Positions 1 through 9,690 of a stretch of DNA of 64,000 nucleotides are shown piece by piece. Origin of the DNA: Chthoniobacteraceae bacterium (lineage in GTDB: Bacteria > Verrucomicrobiota > Verrucomicrobiia > Chthoniobacterales > Chthoniobacteraceae); the NCBI GenBank assembly GCA_031409655.1, contig JANNXQ010000078.1:44525-108524 (forward strand), in the 5' to 3' direction. A program made the position numbers and the translations under genes. How positions within the stretch are numbered: the first letter of the stretch is position 1; every line of letters starts with the position of its first letter. The notes below the pieces were generated by a model, which was not told where the DNA came from, did not search any database, and was given only the letters and a program-made list of their open reading frames with translations.

Positions 1-42
1 ACAGCGGATAATCCAAAACCTCCACAAAATAAATTCACAGCA

Positions 43-828
43 ATGAAGACTTTAAACCCCACCATGCTTAAAGGATGCTCAGCGCTCGTCGCTACGTTCC
101 TTTCCGCCAGCGCAATCACGTCACAAGCGGTACTCGTTCTCCCAACGACTGCGGAAACTCCCGGTGCGCTCCTTGGAGCCGGCGTTGGCAATTCCGGCGG
201 AACAGTTGTCGCAGGTGGTGACATCACTGTTCCCTTTTCCGATGTGAGTCTCCCATCGAACTTCAACGGAACTCTGCGCACCACGGTGGTTCGGAATGCC
301 GGCGGAACTCTGGATTTCTACTACCAGTTGGCGAACACAACCACCGCCCCGAATATTCCGGACCCTGAGCTGTACCGGCTGACGCTGAATCCTTTCAGCG
401 CTGCCTTTTCCACGTCTGGTGCAAGCTACGAAGCTTTTGTGATCAACAACGGCTTGGCCGGCATCGCCGGGGCTGCTTCGGTGCCCGGAACGGTTGCCGC
501 GTTCAGCGCTGATCGCCAGGTTGGTGTTCAAGGTGTAGGCTTCGGATTTGATTTCGGTGACGCTCAATTCCTTGACGACGTAACTCCACCTTTCACTAAT
601 CTGAATCCGGGTCAGACCTCGAACTTCCTCCTCATTCGGACCAGTGCGACCCAGTTCGCTCAGACGACCGCGTCTGCGATCGGCGCTGGAACGGCAACGC
701 CGATTAGGAGTTTCGCTCCGATTCCAGAGCCAACTACGATTTTGGTCGGACTCGCGCTCACAACCTTCCTGGGCTGCTCCGAACTCGGTCGCTCCCGCCG
801 CCGGAAGGCGACCGGTGCCAAGGTTTAA
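43..828 (+). CDS. PEP-CTERM sorting-domain secreted protein
   Basis: N-terminal signal peptide; C-terminal IPEPTT, hydrophobic helix and basic tail RSRRRK. Confidence 0.88.
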   Translation: MKTLNPTMLKGCSALVATFLSASAITSQAVLVLPTTAETPGALLGAGVGNSGGTVVAGGDITVPFSDVSLPSNFNGTLRTTVVRNAGGTLDFYYQLANTTTAPNIPDPELYRLTLNPFSAAFSTSGASYEAFVINNGLAGIAGAASVPGTVAAFSADRQVGVQGVGFGFDFGDAQFLDDVTPPFTNLNPGQTSNFLLIRTSATQFAQTTASAIGAGTATPIRSFAPIPEPTTILVGLALTTFLGCSELGRSRRRKATGAKV

Positions 829-858
829 GCCGACCGAAAGTAGTCACGTTTAGTCTTC

Positions 859-900
859 AAACCCCCTCGTTCCGTTCTGGAGCGAGGGGGGTTTTCTTTT
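859..900 (+). terminator. Intrinsic terminator after the PEP-CTERM gene
   Basis: AAACCCCCTCGTTCC...GGAGCGAGGGGGGTTTT stem followed by a T-run. Confidence 0.8.
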
Positions 901-1073
901 CTGGCAGATGTTTCCAAAGGCCCCAGCGAAAGTTCGCTTTCAAATCCAGGGGTCCTTCCTTTGGAAAGAGGCCAGTGCGCGGGCTCGACACGGCCACCTC
1001 GGCTCGCGGGTGCCCCGGTGTCGCCGGCCCCCCGACAAAAAATGCGCTGCCTTGAATCCGCGGAGCGATCCAG

Positions 1074-1334
1074 CTACGAGCCCAATTTCGCTTTCGCCAA
1101 TTGGCGCTTTCCGCTCCAACGGACTGGGGCAAGCCAGGAGGCGCTGGACCACGGCATTCCGTCCTCGACCCACTTTGCGCGCCACTGCGCTGGGCTCATC
1201 CCTTCGTCGTCGTCGCTGACGCCGTGTTGAAAACCGCAACAGGGACAAATTTCGAACGACGCGCCGCCGCTGACGGATCGCGGCGCCTCGGAAAGCTGCG
1301 GCCAGCCGCACACGGTGCAGGTGTGTTTCTTCAT
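1074..1334 (-). CDS. Cys-rich CPCC protein, probable immunity protein
   Basis: CTVCGW...FEICPCCGFQHG motif; ATGA overlap with the upstream toxin-like gene. Confidence 0.75.
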   Translation of the reverse strand: MKKHTCTVCGWPQLSEAPRSVSGGASFEICPCCGFQHGVSDDDEGMSPAQWRAKWVEDGMPWSSASWLAPVRWSGKRQLAKAKLGS

Positions 1335-2089
1335 CGAGAGGGAATGTCGCTCGGCTTCACGGGACGGCCAGGCTGGCGCGCGAAGTAGTCGCGGCTGCCG
1401 GGCTTGAAGTAGGTCTTCGTGGTGCCGTCGCGGTTGTAGGCAGCGAAGGCGCCGGTCATTGCATCAAAGACGCGCAAGGTGCCGTCTACATCAAGTTTCA
1501 TCGGCAGGCTGGTCGCCATGGCCCGCTGCCGGAAACTCCAGGCTTGGCGCGCATAGTCGTCGGGATCTCGCGCCTGGAAGTCCTGCCCGTGTCGCGCAAA
1601 GTGATCGGCAAGCGCGGGCATGTTGCCCCAAGTCGCGCGCGTCGGCGGCGCTTGCTGGGTGGATGCTGGCGGTGGTTTGGAAGCGGGAGAAGTGCGCGGC
1701 GGGCTTGTGACCTTTGTGGGCGGGGCGTCGGGCGTGGTCTTCGGCGAGGTCGCAGAACTCCCCGAGACAGTAAAATTACCAGTCGCGAGCTTCTTCCGCG
1801 CTGTGCCGACGGCGTAGAAATATATTTTGCCGGGCGCAAGGCCAGTGACGGTGACGATGTGGTCCGTAGTGATGCCACCCTCCGCGCGCTGGGTGAGCGC
1901 TTCCGCCGTGGCACCGTAGCTCACCCGCCCACCGGATTCCACGTCGGTGCGCCATTTCACAGTGACGGAACCGCTGCCCGCTGGCTCGACTTTCACAGCC
2001 CCGACGACTCCCGCCGCGCGCCCGAAGGCACCCAGCCAAGTGAGTAACAGAATCGCCAGTCCCAGCGGTCGCAGCTTGGGAAAATGCAT
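1331..2089 (-). CDS. Secreted FN3-like protein with Pro/Thr linker and C-terminal putative nuclease toxin domain
   Basis: Signal peptide; FN3/purple-acid-phosphatase N-terminal-like strands (VKWRTD...HIVTVTGLAPGKIYFY); PTK-rich linker; C-terminal DHFARHGQDF...YNRDGTTKTYFKP. Confidence 0.72.
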   Translation of the reverse strand: MHFPKLRPLGLAILLLTWLGAFGRAAGVVGAVKVEPAGSGSVTVKWRTDVESGGRVSYGATAEALTQRAEGGITTDHIVTVTGLAPGKIYFYAVGTARKKLATGNFTVSGSSATSPKTTPDAPPTKVTSPPRTSPASKPPPASTQQAPPTRATWGNMPALADHFARHGQDFQARDPDDYARQAWSFRQRAMATSLPMKLDVDGTLRVFDAMTGAFAAYNRDGTTKTYFKPGSRDYFARQPGRPVKPSDIPSR

Positions 2090-2096
2090 CGGTTGA

Positions 2097-3059
2097 CTAC
2101 GTCAGGCAGGCCATGCGATCGGCGTGCGGTGCTTGGGGCACGAGATCGAGTTCGGCGAGGAGCTGCTGGTCTTCGTCCACGCCTGGGTTTGCGGCGGTGA
2201 GCAGCTTGTCCCCGTAGAAGATCGAGTTTGCTCCGGCAAAAAAGCAGAGCGCCTGCGCCTCGCGGGAAAGTCGGGTGCGGCCCGCGCTGAGTCGCACTTT
2301 CGAGCGCGGCAAGGCAATGCGCGTCGTGGCGATGAGACGCACCAGCTCGAAGACATCGACGGGTGGCTGATCTTCGAGCGGCGTGCCGGGCATGGCCATG
2401 AGGCAATTGATCGGCACGCTTTCCGGCGCGGGATCGAAACCAGTGAGCACCTCCAGCATCTTCAATCGGTCCACGATCGTCTCACCGAGTCCGATGATCC
2501 CACCGCAGCACACATCCATGCCGGACTGTTGCACGGCGGCGATGGTATCGAGGCGGTTTTGAAAAGTGTGCGTCGTCACGATCTCCGGGTAGAATTCCGG
2601 TGAGGTGTCGATGTTGTGGTTGTAGGCGGTCACGCCGGCTTCCTTTAGCTTCTGCGCCTCGGGGAGCGAGAGCTGACCGAGCGTGACGCACACTTCCATG
2701 CCGAGCTTGGAGACTTCGCGGATGGCCCCGAGCACCTGCTCGAAACGCGGATCGCCAGAGCGCACGCCTTTCCACGCTGCGCCCATGCAAAAGCGCGTGG
2801 AGCCATTCTCTTTCGCCCGTTGCGCGACCGCGAGGATTTCATCCGTCTGCATCAGCCGTTCCGCTTCCACGCCGGTCTTGTAGCGGGCGCTCTGCGCGCA
2901 GTAGCCGCAGTCCTCAGAGCAGCCACCCGTCTTGATCGAGAGCAAAGTGCAGAGCTGCACTTCATTGCCAGTCCAGTGCTCGAGGAAAGCGGCGCGTGCG
3001 CGGCTGAGCAGGTCGAAAAACGGGGTGTCGTAGAGGGCTTGGAGCTCGGGAAACTTCAC
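2097..3059 (-). CDS. bioB: Biotin synthase
   Basis: SIKTGGCSEDCGYCAQS radical-SAM motif; YNHNIDTS; ESVPIN; GANSIFYGDKLLT. Confidence 0.97.
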   Translation of the reverse strand: MKFPELQALYDTPFFDLLSRARAAFLEHWTGNEVQLCTLLSIKTGGCSEDCGYCAQSARYKTGVEAERLMQTDEILAVAQRAKENGSTRFCMGAAWKGVRSGDPRFEQVLGAIREVSKLGMEVCVTLGQLSLPEAQKLKEAGVTAYNHNIDTSPEFYPEIVTTHTFQNRLDTIAAVQQSGMDVCCGGIIGLGETIVDRLKMLEVLTGFDPAPESVPINCLMAMPGTPLEDQPPVDVFELVRLIATTRIALPRSKVRLSAGRTRLSREAQALCFFAGANSIFYGDKLLTAANPGVDEDQQLLAELDLVPQAPHADRMACLT

Positions 3060-3126
3060 GGTCGATGAGTGTCGGAGGGTGGTCGGCGAGTGTCGAGTGT
3101 GGAGTCCTTGGAAAAGCGCCCGGCGG

Positions 3127-3906
3127 CTACTCGCCGAGATGGGCGTAGAGCCGCGCTAGGCGGCGGGCATGCTCATCGTAGGCGGACTCGAAGAGCGCCG
3201 TTGCCATTTCCGCGCCGACGATCGCAGCGGCCGTGAGCACGCGCGGGGGCTGGCCGGCTGCCGTGAGCCGCGCGGCGACTTCCGCCTTGATCGCATTCAC
3301 GAGCAGACAACCGCCAATGGTCGAGCCTGGCGCGACGGGTGTCTCGAGGCCAGGCACATGGACCATCGCGTCACCGACGGGCGCGCCGGTATCGAGCGTC
3401 AGCTCGGCGAAGTCCGAGAGCTTGCGCCCATCCGTCCGCCGGCTCGTGCTCGCGGCACTGTGCGCTTTGGAAACGATCGCCACTACGCGCACCCGCCGGC
3501 GTTGGAATTCCTCCGCCATCTCGATCGGTACCAAATTGCAACCACTGGAGGAAATGACGAGGGCGGTGTCTGCGGGCGCGAGGTCAAAGTTGCGCAAGAT
3601 CCGCTCCGCGAGACCGCTGACATTTTCGAGGAACATCGCCTGCCGCTGCCCATTCGCGCCGACGACGAGATTGTGAAAGCTCACGGAGAGTTCGACGATC
3701 GGATTGAACCCTGGGAAGGAGCCGTAGCGCGGCCACATCTCCTCCACCATGATGCGCGAGTGTCCGGAGCCAAAGACATGGACCATGCGACCGGCGAGGA
3801 TCGTCTGCGCGAACCAATCGGCGGCCTGCTGAATGGCAGCAGACTGCTCTTCCACGGTGTCAACGAGGACGCGGCAGTGGGTGAGGTATTCGGCGGAAGG
3901 GCTCAT
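3127..3906 (-). CDS. SIS-domain sugar isomerase family protein
   Basis: VHVFGSGHS, VISSSG and PGSTIGG motifs; start moved to MSPSAEY at 3906 because the longer N-terminus is translated repeat. Confidence 0.85.
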   Translation of the reverse strand: MSPSAEYLTHCRVLVDTVEEQSAAIQQAADWFAQTILAGRMVHVFGSGHSRIMVEEMWPRYGSFPGFNPIVELSVSFHNLVVGANGQRQAMFLENVSGLAERILRNFDLAPADTALVISSSGCNLVPIEMAEEFQRRRVRVVAIVSKAHSAASTSRRTDGRKLSDFAELTLDTGAPVGDAMVHVPGLETPVAPGSTIGGCLLVNAIKAEVAARLTAAGQPPRVLTAAAIVGAEMATALFESAYDEHARRLARLYAHLGE

Positions 3907-3922
3907 TGGGAGAGGCAAAAGG

Positions 3923-4036
3923 CGAACATCGAACATCGAACGTCGAACATCCAACATCAAACGCGGAATGAGTGCGCTGGCGGGCGGCGCTCGGAAGTTC
4001 GACGTTCGATGTTCAAAGTTCGACGTTCGATGTTAG
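3923..4036. repeat. Inverted heptamer array (CGAACAT-like x5, spacer, ATGTTCG-like x6)
   Basis: cgaacat cgaacat cgaacgt cgaacat ccaacat ... aagttcg acgttcg atgttca aagttcg acgttcg atgttag; contains the ROK stop codon. Confidence 0.9.
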
Positions 4037-4906
4037 CCCCAGCGCGAGCCGTCCGGCCCCGATCGCGCCGGCCCATTCACCGAGCGCGGCGGGCATCACC
4101 TTCACGGCGCTGCCGCACGGTCGCCACTCCACTTTCGCGAGTTCCTCGCTGAGCGGAGTGAAGAGGGCGTCGCCGGCCTGCGCGATGCCGCCGCCGAGGA
4201 TCACGGCTTCGGGGTCGAGAATATTGATGAACGAACCGATCGCGCAGGCCAGAGCGCTGATCGAGCGCAGCCACACCTCCCGCGCAAAGCCGTCGCCATC
4301 GCGATAAGCCGCCACCAGCGCGTGGGTGGAATCGAAGCGGCCGGCGGTCCGCTCGCGGATGTTGAAATTGCCGATCGCACACTCGAGCGCGCCGGGCATG
4401 CCGGCGATGCTCCGTGGACCTTCAGGATCGAGACAGGTGTGGGCAAAGTGCCCGGCGCGCCCGAGGTGTCCGTGCAGAATTCGTCCGTCGCTCAAGATCC
4501 CTCCGCCGACGCCGGTACCCAGCGTGAGCAGGATCGCGTCGCGCAGCCCGCGCGCGGCGCCGATCCACGCCTCGCCCCCGAGGGCCGCCTGTCCGTCATT
4601 TGTCACTGGGATGGTGCTGGAGCGCTGGAGAAAATCGCCCCACACCAGATGCTCCAGGCCCTGCAATCGACCCGGCATGGAAACGATGGACCGTCCATCC
4701 CTGGCTGCGAGTCCTGGGGCGGAAAGGCCCACGGGCAGTTCGGTTCCAAGTTCATCCGCGAGCGTCCGCACGACGCTGGCAAAGCGTTTCGCGTCGGCTC
4801 CGTCATCGTCGGTCTGGCGCATCTCCCGCCGCAAAACCTCCCCAGCCGCCGTGACGACCACGCCCTTGATCTGCGTTCCGCCGATATCGATCCCGACGGC
4901 CCTCAT
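4013..4906 (-). CDS. ROK-family sugar kinase
   Basis: GIDIGGTQIK, NDGQAA, LTLGTGVGGG and AGHFAH motifs; start at MRAVG. Confidence 0.92.
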   Translation of the reverse strand: MRAVGIDIGGTQIKGVVVTAAGEVLRREMRQTDDDGADAKRFASVVRTLADELGTELPVGLSAPGLAARDGRSIVSMPGRLQGLEHLVWGDFLQRSSTIPVTNDGQAALGGEAWIGAARGLRDAILLTLGTGVGGGILSDGRILHGHLGRAGHFAHTCLDPEGPRSIAGMPGALECAIGNFNIRERTAGRFDSTHALVAAYRDGDGFAREVWLRSISALACAIGSFINILDPEAVILGGGIAQAGDALFTPLSEELAKVEWRPCGSAVKVMPAALGEWAGAIGAGRLALGLTSNVEL

Positions 4907-4911
4907 CCGCG

Positions 4912-5715
4912 CTACTCGTGCTGACCTTCGCTCACGGACCACCCGCCATCCACGCTCAAGACCTGCCCGGTGCAAAACTTTGAGGCATCGCTCAGGAAAT
5001 AGATCGCAGCCGCGTCAAGGTCTTCCGGCTGGGCGATGCGACCGCCGTCGAGCGGCTGCTTGGTGCGGATGAAGCGTTGCATCTTCTCATCCTGCGCCGC
5101 GCGCTGCGACATCGGCGTCTCGACCAGCGCCGGTGCGAGCACATTCACGCGAATGCTGGCATCGGCGTAGTAAGCGGCAAGACTCGTACTCAGGCCGATG
5201 ATACCCGCCTTGGCCGTCGCATAGGCGTGGGTGGCGAAGTAGCGCGGGGAAGGATGCGCAGCCAGCACGCTGCTGACATTGAGAATGCTGCCGGGTGTAT
5301 TCCGGGCGAGAAATTGCCGCACGGCCGCACGATTCGAGAGCATCACCGAAGTAAGGTTTAGCTCAAGCGTGGCGGCCCAGCCTTCGTCGGTGAGTTCGTG
5401 CAGCGGGCCATCGCCGTCTTTGCGTCCGCTCCCGCCGGCCACGTGGTAGAGACCGTGGAAGCCGCCAAACGCCGAGATGGCTTCACCGATCGCCCGCTCC
5501 GCCGTTTCGGGTTTCGTCGCGTCGCCGGCAAACGCGAGCGCCTTCGACCCGAGCACCATTTCCGCGGCGGCAACGCTCTCCGGTTTTCGTCCTACGACGA
5601 CGACGTGCGCGCCGGCTGCGATGAAGGCGCGAGCCGCGGACAGACCGATCCCGGTCGTGCCACCGATGATGACGAGAGATTTACCAGCGAGCGCGTTGGG
5701 CATGACGCGGAGCAT
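4912..5715 (-). CDS. Short-chain dehydrogenase/reductase
   Basis: GGTTGIG Rossmann motif; YATAK catalytic motif; VDGG C-terminal motif. Confidence 0.93.
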   Translation of the reverse strand: MLRVMPNALAGKSLVIIGGTTGIGLSAARAFIAAGAHVVVVGRKPESVAAAEMVLGSKALAFAGDATKPETAERAIGEAISAFGGFHGLYHVAGGSGRKDGDGPLHELTDEGWAATLELNLTSVMLSNRAAVRQFLARNTPGSILNVSSVLAAHPSPRYFATHAYATAKAGIIGLSTSLAAYYADASIRVNVLAPALVETPMSQRAAQDEKMQRFIRTKQPLDGGRIAQPEDLDAAAIYFLSDASKFCTGQVLSVDGGWSVSEGQHE

Positions 5716-5775
5716 AGGGCCTCGAGGTTTGCCGCGGCAATGCCCGCGACGAGCGGCGTCGGCGCGCCAGTTTCG

Positions 5776-7116
5776 TCACACTTTCCACGCCCCGCGATAC
5801 TCGCGCGTGAGCCACTTCGCGTCGCCCGTGCCGCCAGCGAATTCGTTCTTCGCGGGGTCCCACTGAATCTTCTGCCCGTGCCAGTAGGCGAGGCTCGTGA
5901 GGTGGCAGGCGGTCACGGTGCGAGCGCCCACTTCCACGTCGCAGATCGGCGGCTTGCGGCTGGCGATGGAAGTGAGGAAGTCGGCCTTGTGATCGGTGCT
6001 CGCGTAGAGCTTCACCTTCGCGTCGGTCAGGAATTCCTTCTCCACCGCGTCGAGTTGCGCGGCCAGCTTGGGCTTCGCGTCCTTCTCCACCGCGTTTGCT
6101 TTCTCCGCGCCCATCAAGGTCATCTTGAACTTCCCGCGGTTCACGTAGATCACGCCGCCGGTGCCGTGGAAGGTCACGCCGTTTTCCTTGATGTGCTCGA
6201 TCTCGATGCCGCCGGCGTAACGCAGCTTCACGCCAGCGTCCGCGGTCTGCCAATCGCTCGGCGGGAGGATTTCGATCGGCCCGCTGGCGTCCATGCCGAG
6301 GCCCCAGTGCGCGATGTCGAGATGATGCGCGCCCCGGTCGGTGACGCCGCCGCCGCCGTATTCGCGATAGGAGCGCCATTGCGGAAAATGATTATGCACA
6401 CCGCGCGGGCTCAGGATTTCATTGAACTCCCGCTGCGGCGCGGGCCCGAGCCACAGATCCCAGTCGAGCCCCTTCTCCATCTCCTGCCCGGGCAGATCGC
6501 ACGGTTTCGCCGGCCCACCGAAGCCCGCGGTCACGCGCGACACTTTGCCGATCACGCCGTTCCGCACGAGTTCGCACGCAACGCGAAATTCTCGCGAAGA
6601 CCGCTGCATCGATCCGGTCTGAAAGACGCGATTGTTTTTCCGCACTGCATCGACCAGAGCACGTGCTTCGTGAATCGTCTGTGTGAGCGGCTTCTCGCAG
6701 TAGATGTCCTTGCCCGCCTCCGCCGCGGCGATGGCGATGAGCGCGTGCCAGTGATCCGGCGTCGCGATGACGACGGCGTCGATATCCGTCCGTGCGAGCA
6801 GTTCGCGGTAGTCGTTGTACGCCGCGCAGCCTTTGTAAGTCGCGTCCGTCTTCTTCGCGTAGAAAGCCTCGGCGGCCTTCTTCCCATCCTCGCGGCGCGT
6901 GGCGTCCACATCGCACACCGCCACGGCCTGCGCTTCCGGCTTCGTCATGAGGCCGCTCATGAGTCCGCGCGCCTGCTTGCCGTAGCCGATCACGGCGAAA
7001 TTGATCCGCGAGTTTGGCTTCGTCTCCGCGGACCAAATGCGCGACGGCAGGAAGAGCGGCGCGACGCCGGCGGCGAGGGTGGTCTTGAGGAAAGTGCGGC
7101 GAGTCGGGGTGTGCAT
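5776..7116 (-). CDS. Tat-exported Gfo/Idh/MocA oxidoreductase
   Basis: TRRTFLK Tat signal; IATPDHWHA; YCEKP; WDLWLGPAP. Confidence 0.92.
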   Translation of the reverse strand: MHTPTRRTFLKTTLAAGVAPLFLPSRIWSAETKPNSRINFAVIGYGKQARGLMSGLMTKPEAQAVAVCDVDATRREDGKKAAEAFYAKKTDATYKGCAAYNDYRELLARTDIDAVVIATPDHWHALIAIAAAEAGKDIYCEKPLTQTIHEARALVDAVRKNNRVFQTGSMQRSSREFRVACELVRNGVIGKVSRVTAGFGGPAKPCDLPGQEMEKGLDWDLWLGPAPQREFNEILSPRGVHNHFPQWRSYREYGGGGVTDRGAHHLDIAHWGLGMDASGPIEILPPSDWQTADAGVKLRYAGGIEIEHIKENGVTFHGTGGVIYVNRGKFKMTLMGAEKANAVEKDAKPKLAAQLDAVEKEFLTDAKVKLYASTDHKADFLTSIASRKPPICDVEVGARTVTACHLTSLAYWHGQKIQWDPAKNEFAGGTGDAKWLTREYRGAWKV

Positions 7117-7185
7117 GGAGGGGAAGGTTTTGAGGTAAGTGATGGAAATCGAGCGCGTCCGAGCACGCAATGAATTAGCGCGCCG

Positions 7186-7848
7186 CTACTTCACGGTCTG
7201 TTCGAGCCCGAGTTTTTCGAGCACCTCTTTGGGCGGCCCATCAAAGGTCGCAAGCGGGATATTGCCGACGTAGCCGATGGCCTTCCAGCCATCGACCGTG
7301 CTGAAGTATCCGCCGGCCGTGAGGCTGCGCATCTTGAGGAAAAAATGCGCGGGCCTTTTGAACTCAGCGGCGGTCGTGGAGCGATTGCAGATGTCGTCAC
7401 AGATCGCGCGGTGTTGCGCGGCGTCGAGCGCGGCAAAGCCTTTCTGGAAGCGCTTCTGCGCCTCGGTGTCGAGCCAGGCGAGACCCTCCAGGATCATCGG
7501 ACGATCCGCAGTTTGGATCGGATACGGAGCGCTCACCCATTCGTCAATGAACTCGGGCACACCCACCGCGCTCGCCGCAGGGCCGAGATCGTCGGCGGGG
7601 ATGAGAATGTCGCAGAGCGTCTTCACGGTGAGGCGCTGTTTGGCGTCGAGGATCAGCGGCCAGGCGTCGCTGGGCTTGTACTCCTTCATCAGATTCGGGT
7701 CGGTGCCGTAGCCCTTCCTCGCGAGGGCGGCAGTCGTGCCGCTCTGGGCGAAGAGTTCCAGTTCACTCACGGACATGGCCGCGCTGGCGGCGGCGAACCA
7801 CTTGAGCACTTCGCGGCGGGAAAGGCGGGGACGGGGTTCGTTGTTCAT
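7186..7848 (-). CDS. Gluconate 2-dehydrogenase subunit 3-family protein (Tat-exported partner of the GMC enzyme)
   Basis: SRREVLK Tat motif; ILIPADD...GVPEFID; GYFST...IGYVGN; directly downstream of the GMC gene. Confidence 0.85.
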   Translation of the reverse strand: MNNEPRPRLSRREVLKWFAAASAAMSVSELELFAQSGTTAALARKGYGTDPNLMKEYKPSDAWPLILDAKQRLTVKTLCDILIPADDLGPAASAVGVPEFIDEWVSAPYPIQTADRPMILEGLAWLDTEAQKRFQKGFAALDAAQHRAICDDICNRSTTAAEFKRPAHFFLKMRSLTAGGYFSTVDGWKAIGYVGNIPLATFDGPPKEVLEKLGLEQTVK

Positions 7849-7860
7849 GCGGGTGCCTGG

Positions 7861-9651
7861 TTACAGCGCTCCTTTGCGGGCTTGTTCGATGAGGTAGTCG
7901 CCGGTGCGCCAGGCGAGCGCCATGATGGTGAGCGTCGGGTTCTTATCGGCGTTGGAAGGGAAAGGAGAGCCATCGCAGAGGAAGAGATTCCTCACGTCCC
8001 ACGTCTGGTTCCATTGGTTGCACACCGATTTCTTCGCGTCGTCACCCATGATCGCGCCGCCGACTTCGTGGATGATCTTCCCGCCAGTCTCAATATAGGA
8101 GAGCGGATCGTCGGACTTCGGAGTGCGCACCGTGCCACCCATGGCTTGGATGAGTTCCGAAAAAGTCCGGCGCGCGTGAGCCGCCTGCTTTAGCTCGTGC
8201 TCGCTCCATTTCCAGTGCCAGCGCAGCACCGGCACGCCCCACTTGTCTTTCACCGTCGGATCGAGCTCACAGAAAGAGCCTTCATTTGGGATCATCTCGC
8301 CGCGACACGCGTAACCGACAAACGAGCCGTAGTAACGGCGCGCCTCTTCCTTAAACTTCGACCCATAACTCCCGAGCGTCAGATCATCCGGCACCGGATT
8401 GCCACCCATCGGCATATTCCGCGAGCCACCCATCTCGATGTGATACCCACGCGGGAAATCCGTCTTACCCGCGGCCTGCTCCTGGTAAAGCCACCACGGC
8501 GAGTAGAAGTGCGATCCGCCAGCGCCGTCCTCGTTGTGCGGCGGACAATTTTCCAGCATCGGGATATGCCCGTTCACGCCGGTGCCGACCGTGTCCATGA
8601 TGTACTTGCCGACGAGCCCACTCGAATTCGCGACCCCTTTGCCGCCATTCGAGTTCAGCAGGATACGCACGGTCTAGCCGCTGCTCGCCGCCACTACCAC
8701 CGCCTTCGCTTTGACGCGCTGCTCACTGCCATTGGTCTTGTCGATGAAGAGCACCCCGGTCGCCTTGCCGTCCGCACCCATCAGGATTTCGCGGGCGTGG
8801 GCATTGGGGATGATGTCGAGATTCTCCGTCGCCAATGCAGGCGGAAGGTGCACCGTCGTCGATTGGTAGTTCGCGCGAATCGAGCACCCGCGCCCACAAT
8901 CCGTGGCCCAGAAACACGCCGCCCGCGCGCGCATGGCTTCCGCGACGATCTTTTGAGCCCGTTCATTTCCGGGATGCAGCTTCTGCGGGATGTTCTCCCA
9001 ATCGAGCGCCTTGGTCAGCACGGCGCGATGGATCGGCATGAAAGGAATGCCAAGCTTCTTGCCATACTTTTGCGAGAGCAACTCGGCGACGCGACCCTTC
9101 GGCGGCGGGAGTAACACACCGTCTGGCGAGTCGGGCGTGTTTTCCATCCCGGAGTTCGTGCCATAGACACCGATGAGCATCTCGACCTTCGTGTAGTAAG
9201 GATCGACGTCCTCGTAACTCACTGGCCAATCGAAACCCAGCCCATCGCGAGTGCGCGGTTTGAAGTCGTAAGGTCCATTGCGTAGCGAGATGCGGCCCCA
9301 GTGATTCGTGCGCCCGCCGAGCATGCGCGTCCGCCGCCACATGAACTGCTCCTCCTCTTTCTCCGAAGCCTGCGTGTAAGGCTCGCCCGGCACCTCCCAC
9401 CCGCCATCGATCGTCGCATCGTAGAAGCCAAAATTTTTCTCCGGCGTCTTCTCGCCGCGCAGCGGTGCCTGATCCCCGCGCTGAAACATCGGCGTCTCCG
9501 TCAGCGGATCGTAGTTCCGCCCCGCCTCCAGCATCACGCACTTCAGTCCCGCGAGCGTGAGCGTGTAAGCCATCTGCCCGCCGCCCGCACCGGAACCGAT
9601 GATGGCAACGTCGTATTCAGTTTTTGCCTGGGAAGCGGAGATGATGGGCAT
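7861..9651 (-). pseudogene. GMC-family FAD oxidoreductase interrupted by an in-frame TAG at 8674-8676
   Basis: ORFs 8674-9651 (IIGSGAGGG, LGGRTNHWGR) and 7861-8670 (IHEVGGA, NPTLTIMALA) are in one frame and read VVAASSG*TVRILLNS. Confidence 0.85.
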
Positions 9652-9690
9652 TGTTGGAATGCGGGTGCTGTGGTGGGAACGGACGCTGGC

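Noticed and set aside
3064..3108. GAGTGTC-like heptamer units upstream of bioB, and similar weak periodicity at 47340-47400
   Set aside because: Only one degenerate arm and no clear inverted partner, so too weak to call as the same element.
3907..3960. N-terminal extension MMLDVRRSMFDVR of the SIS protein
   Set aside because: It is translated heptamer repeat; the real start is more likely 3906.
8674..8676. Pyrrolysine or genome-wide TAG reassignment
   Set aside because: TAG is the normal stop of several intact genes here (for example alr and the second feoA), and no pyl genes are visible.
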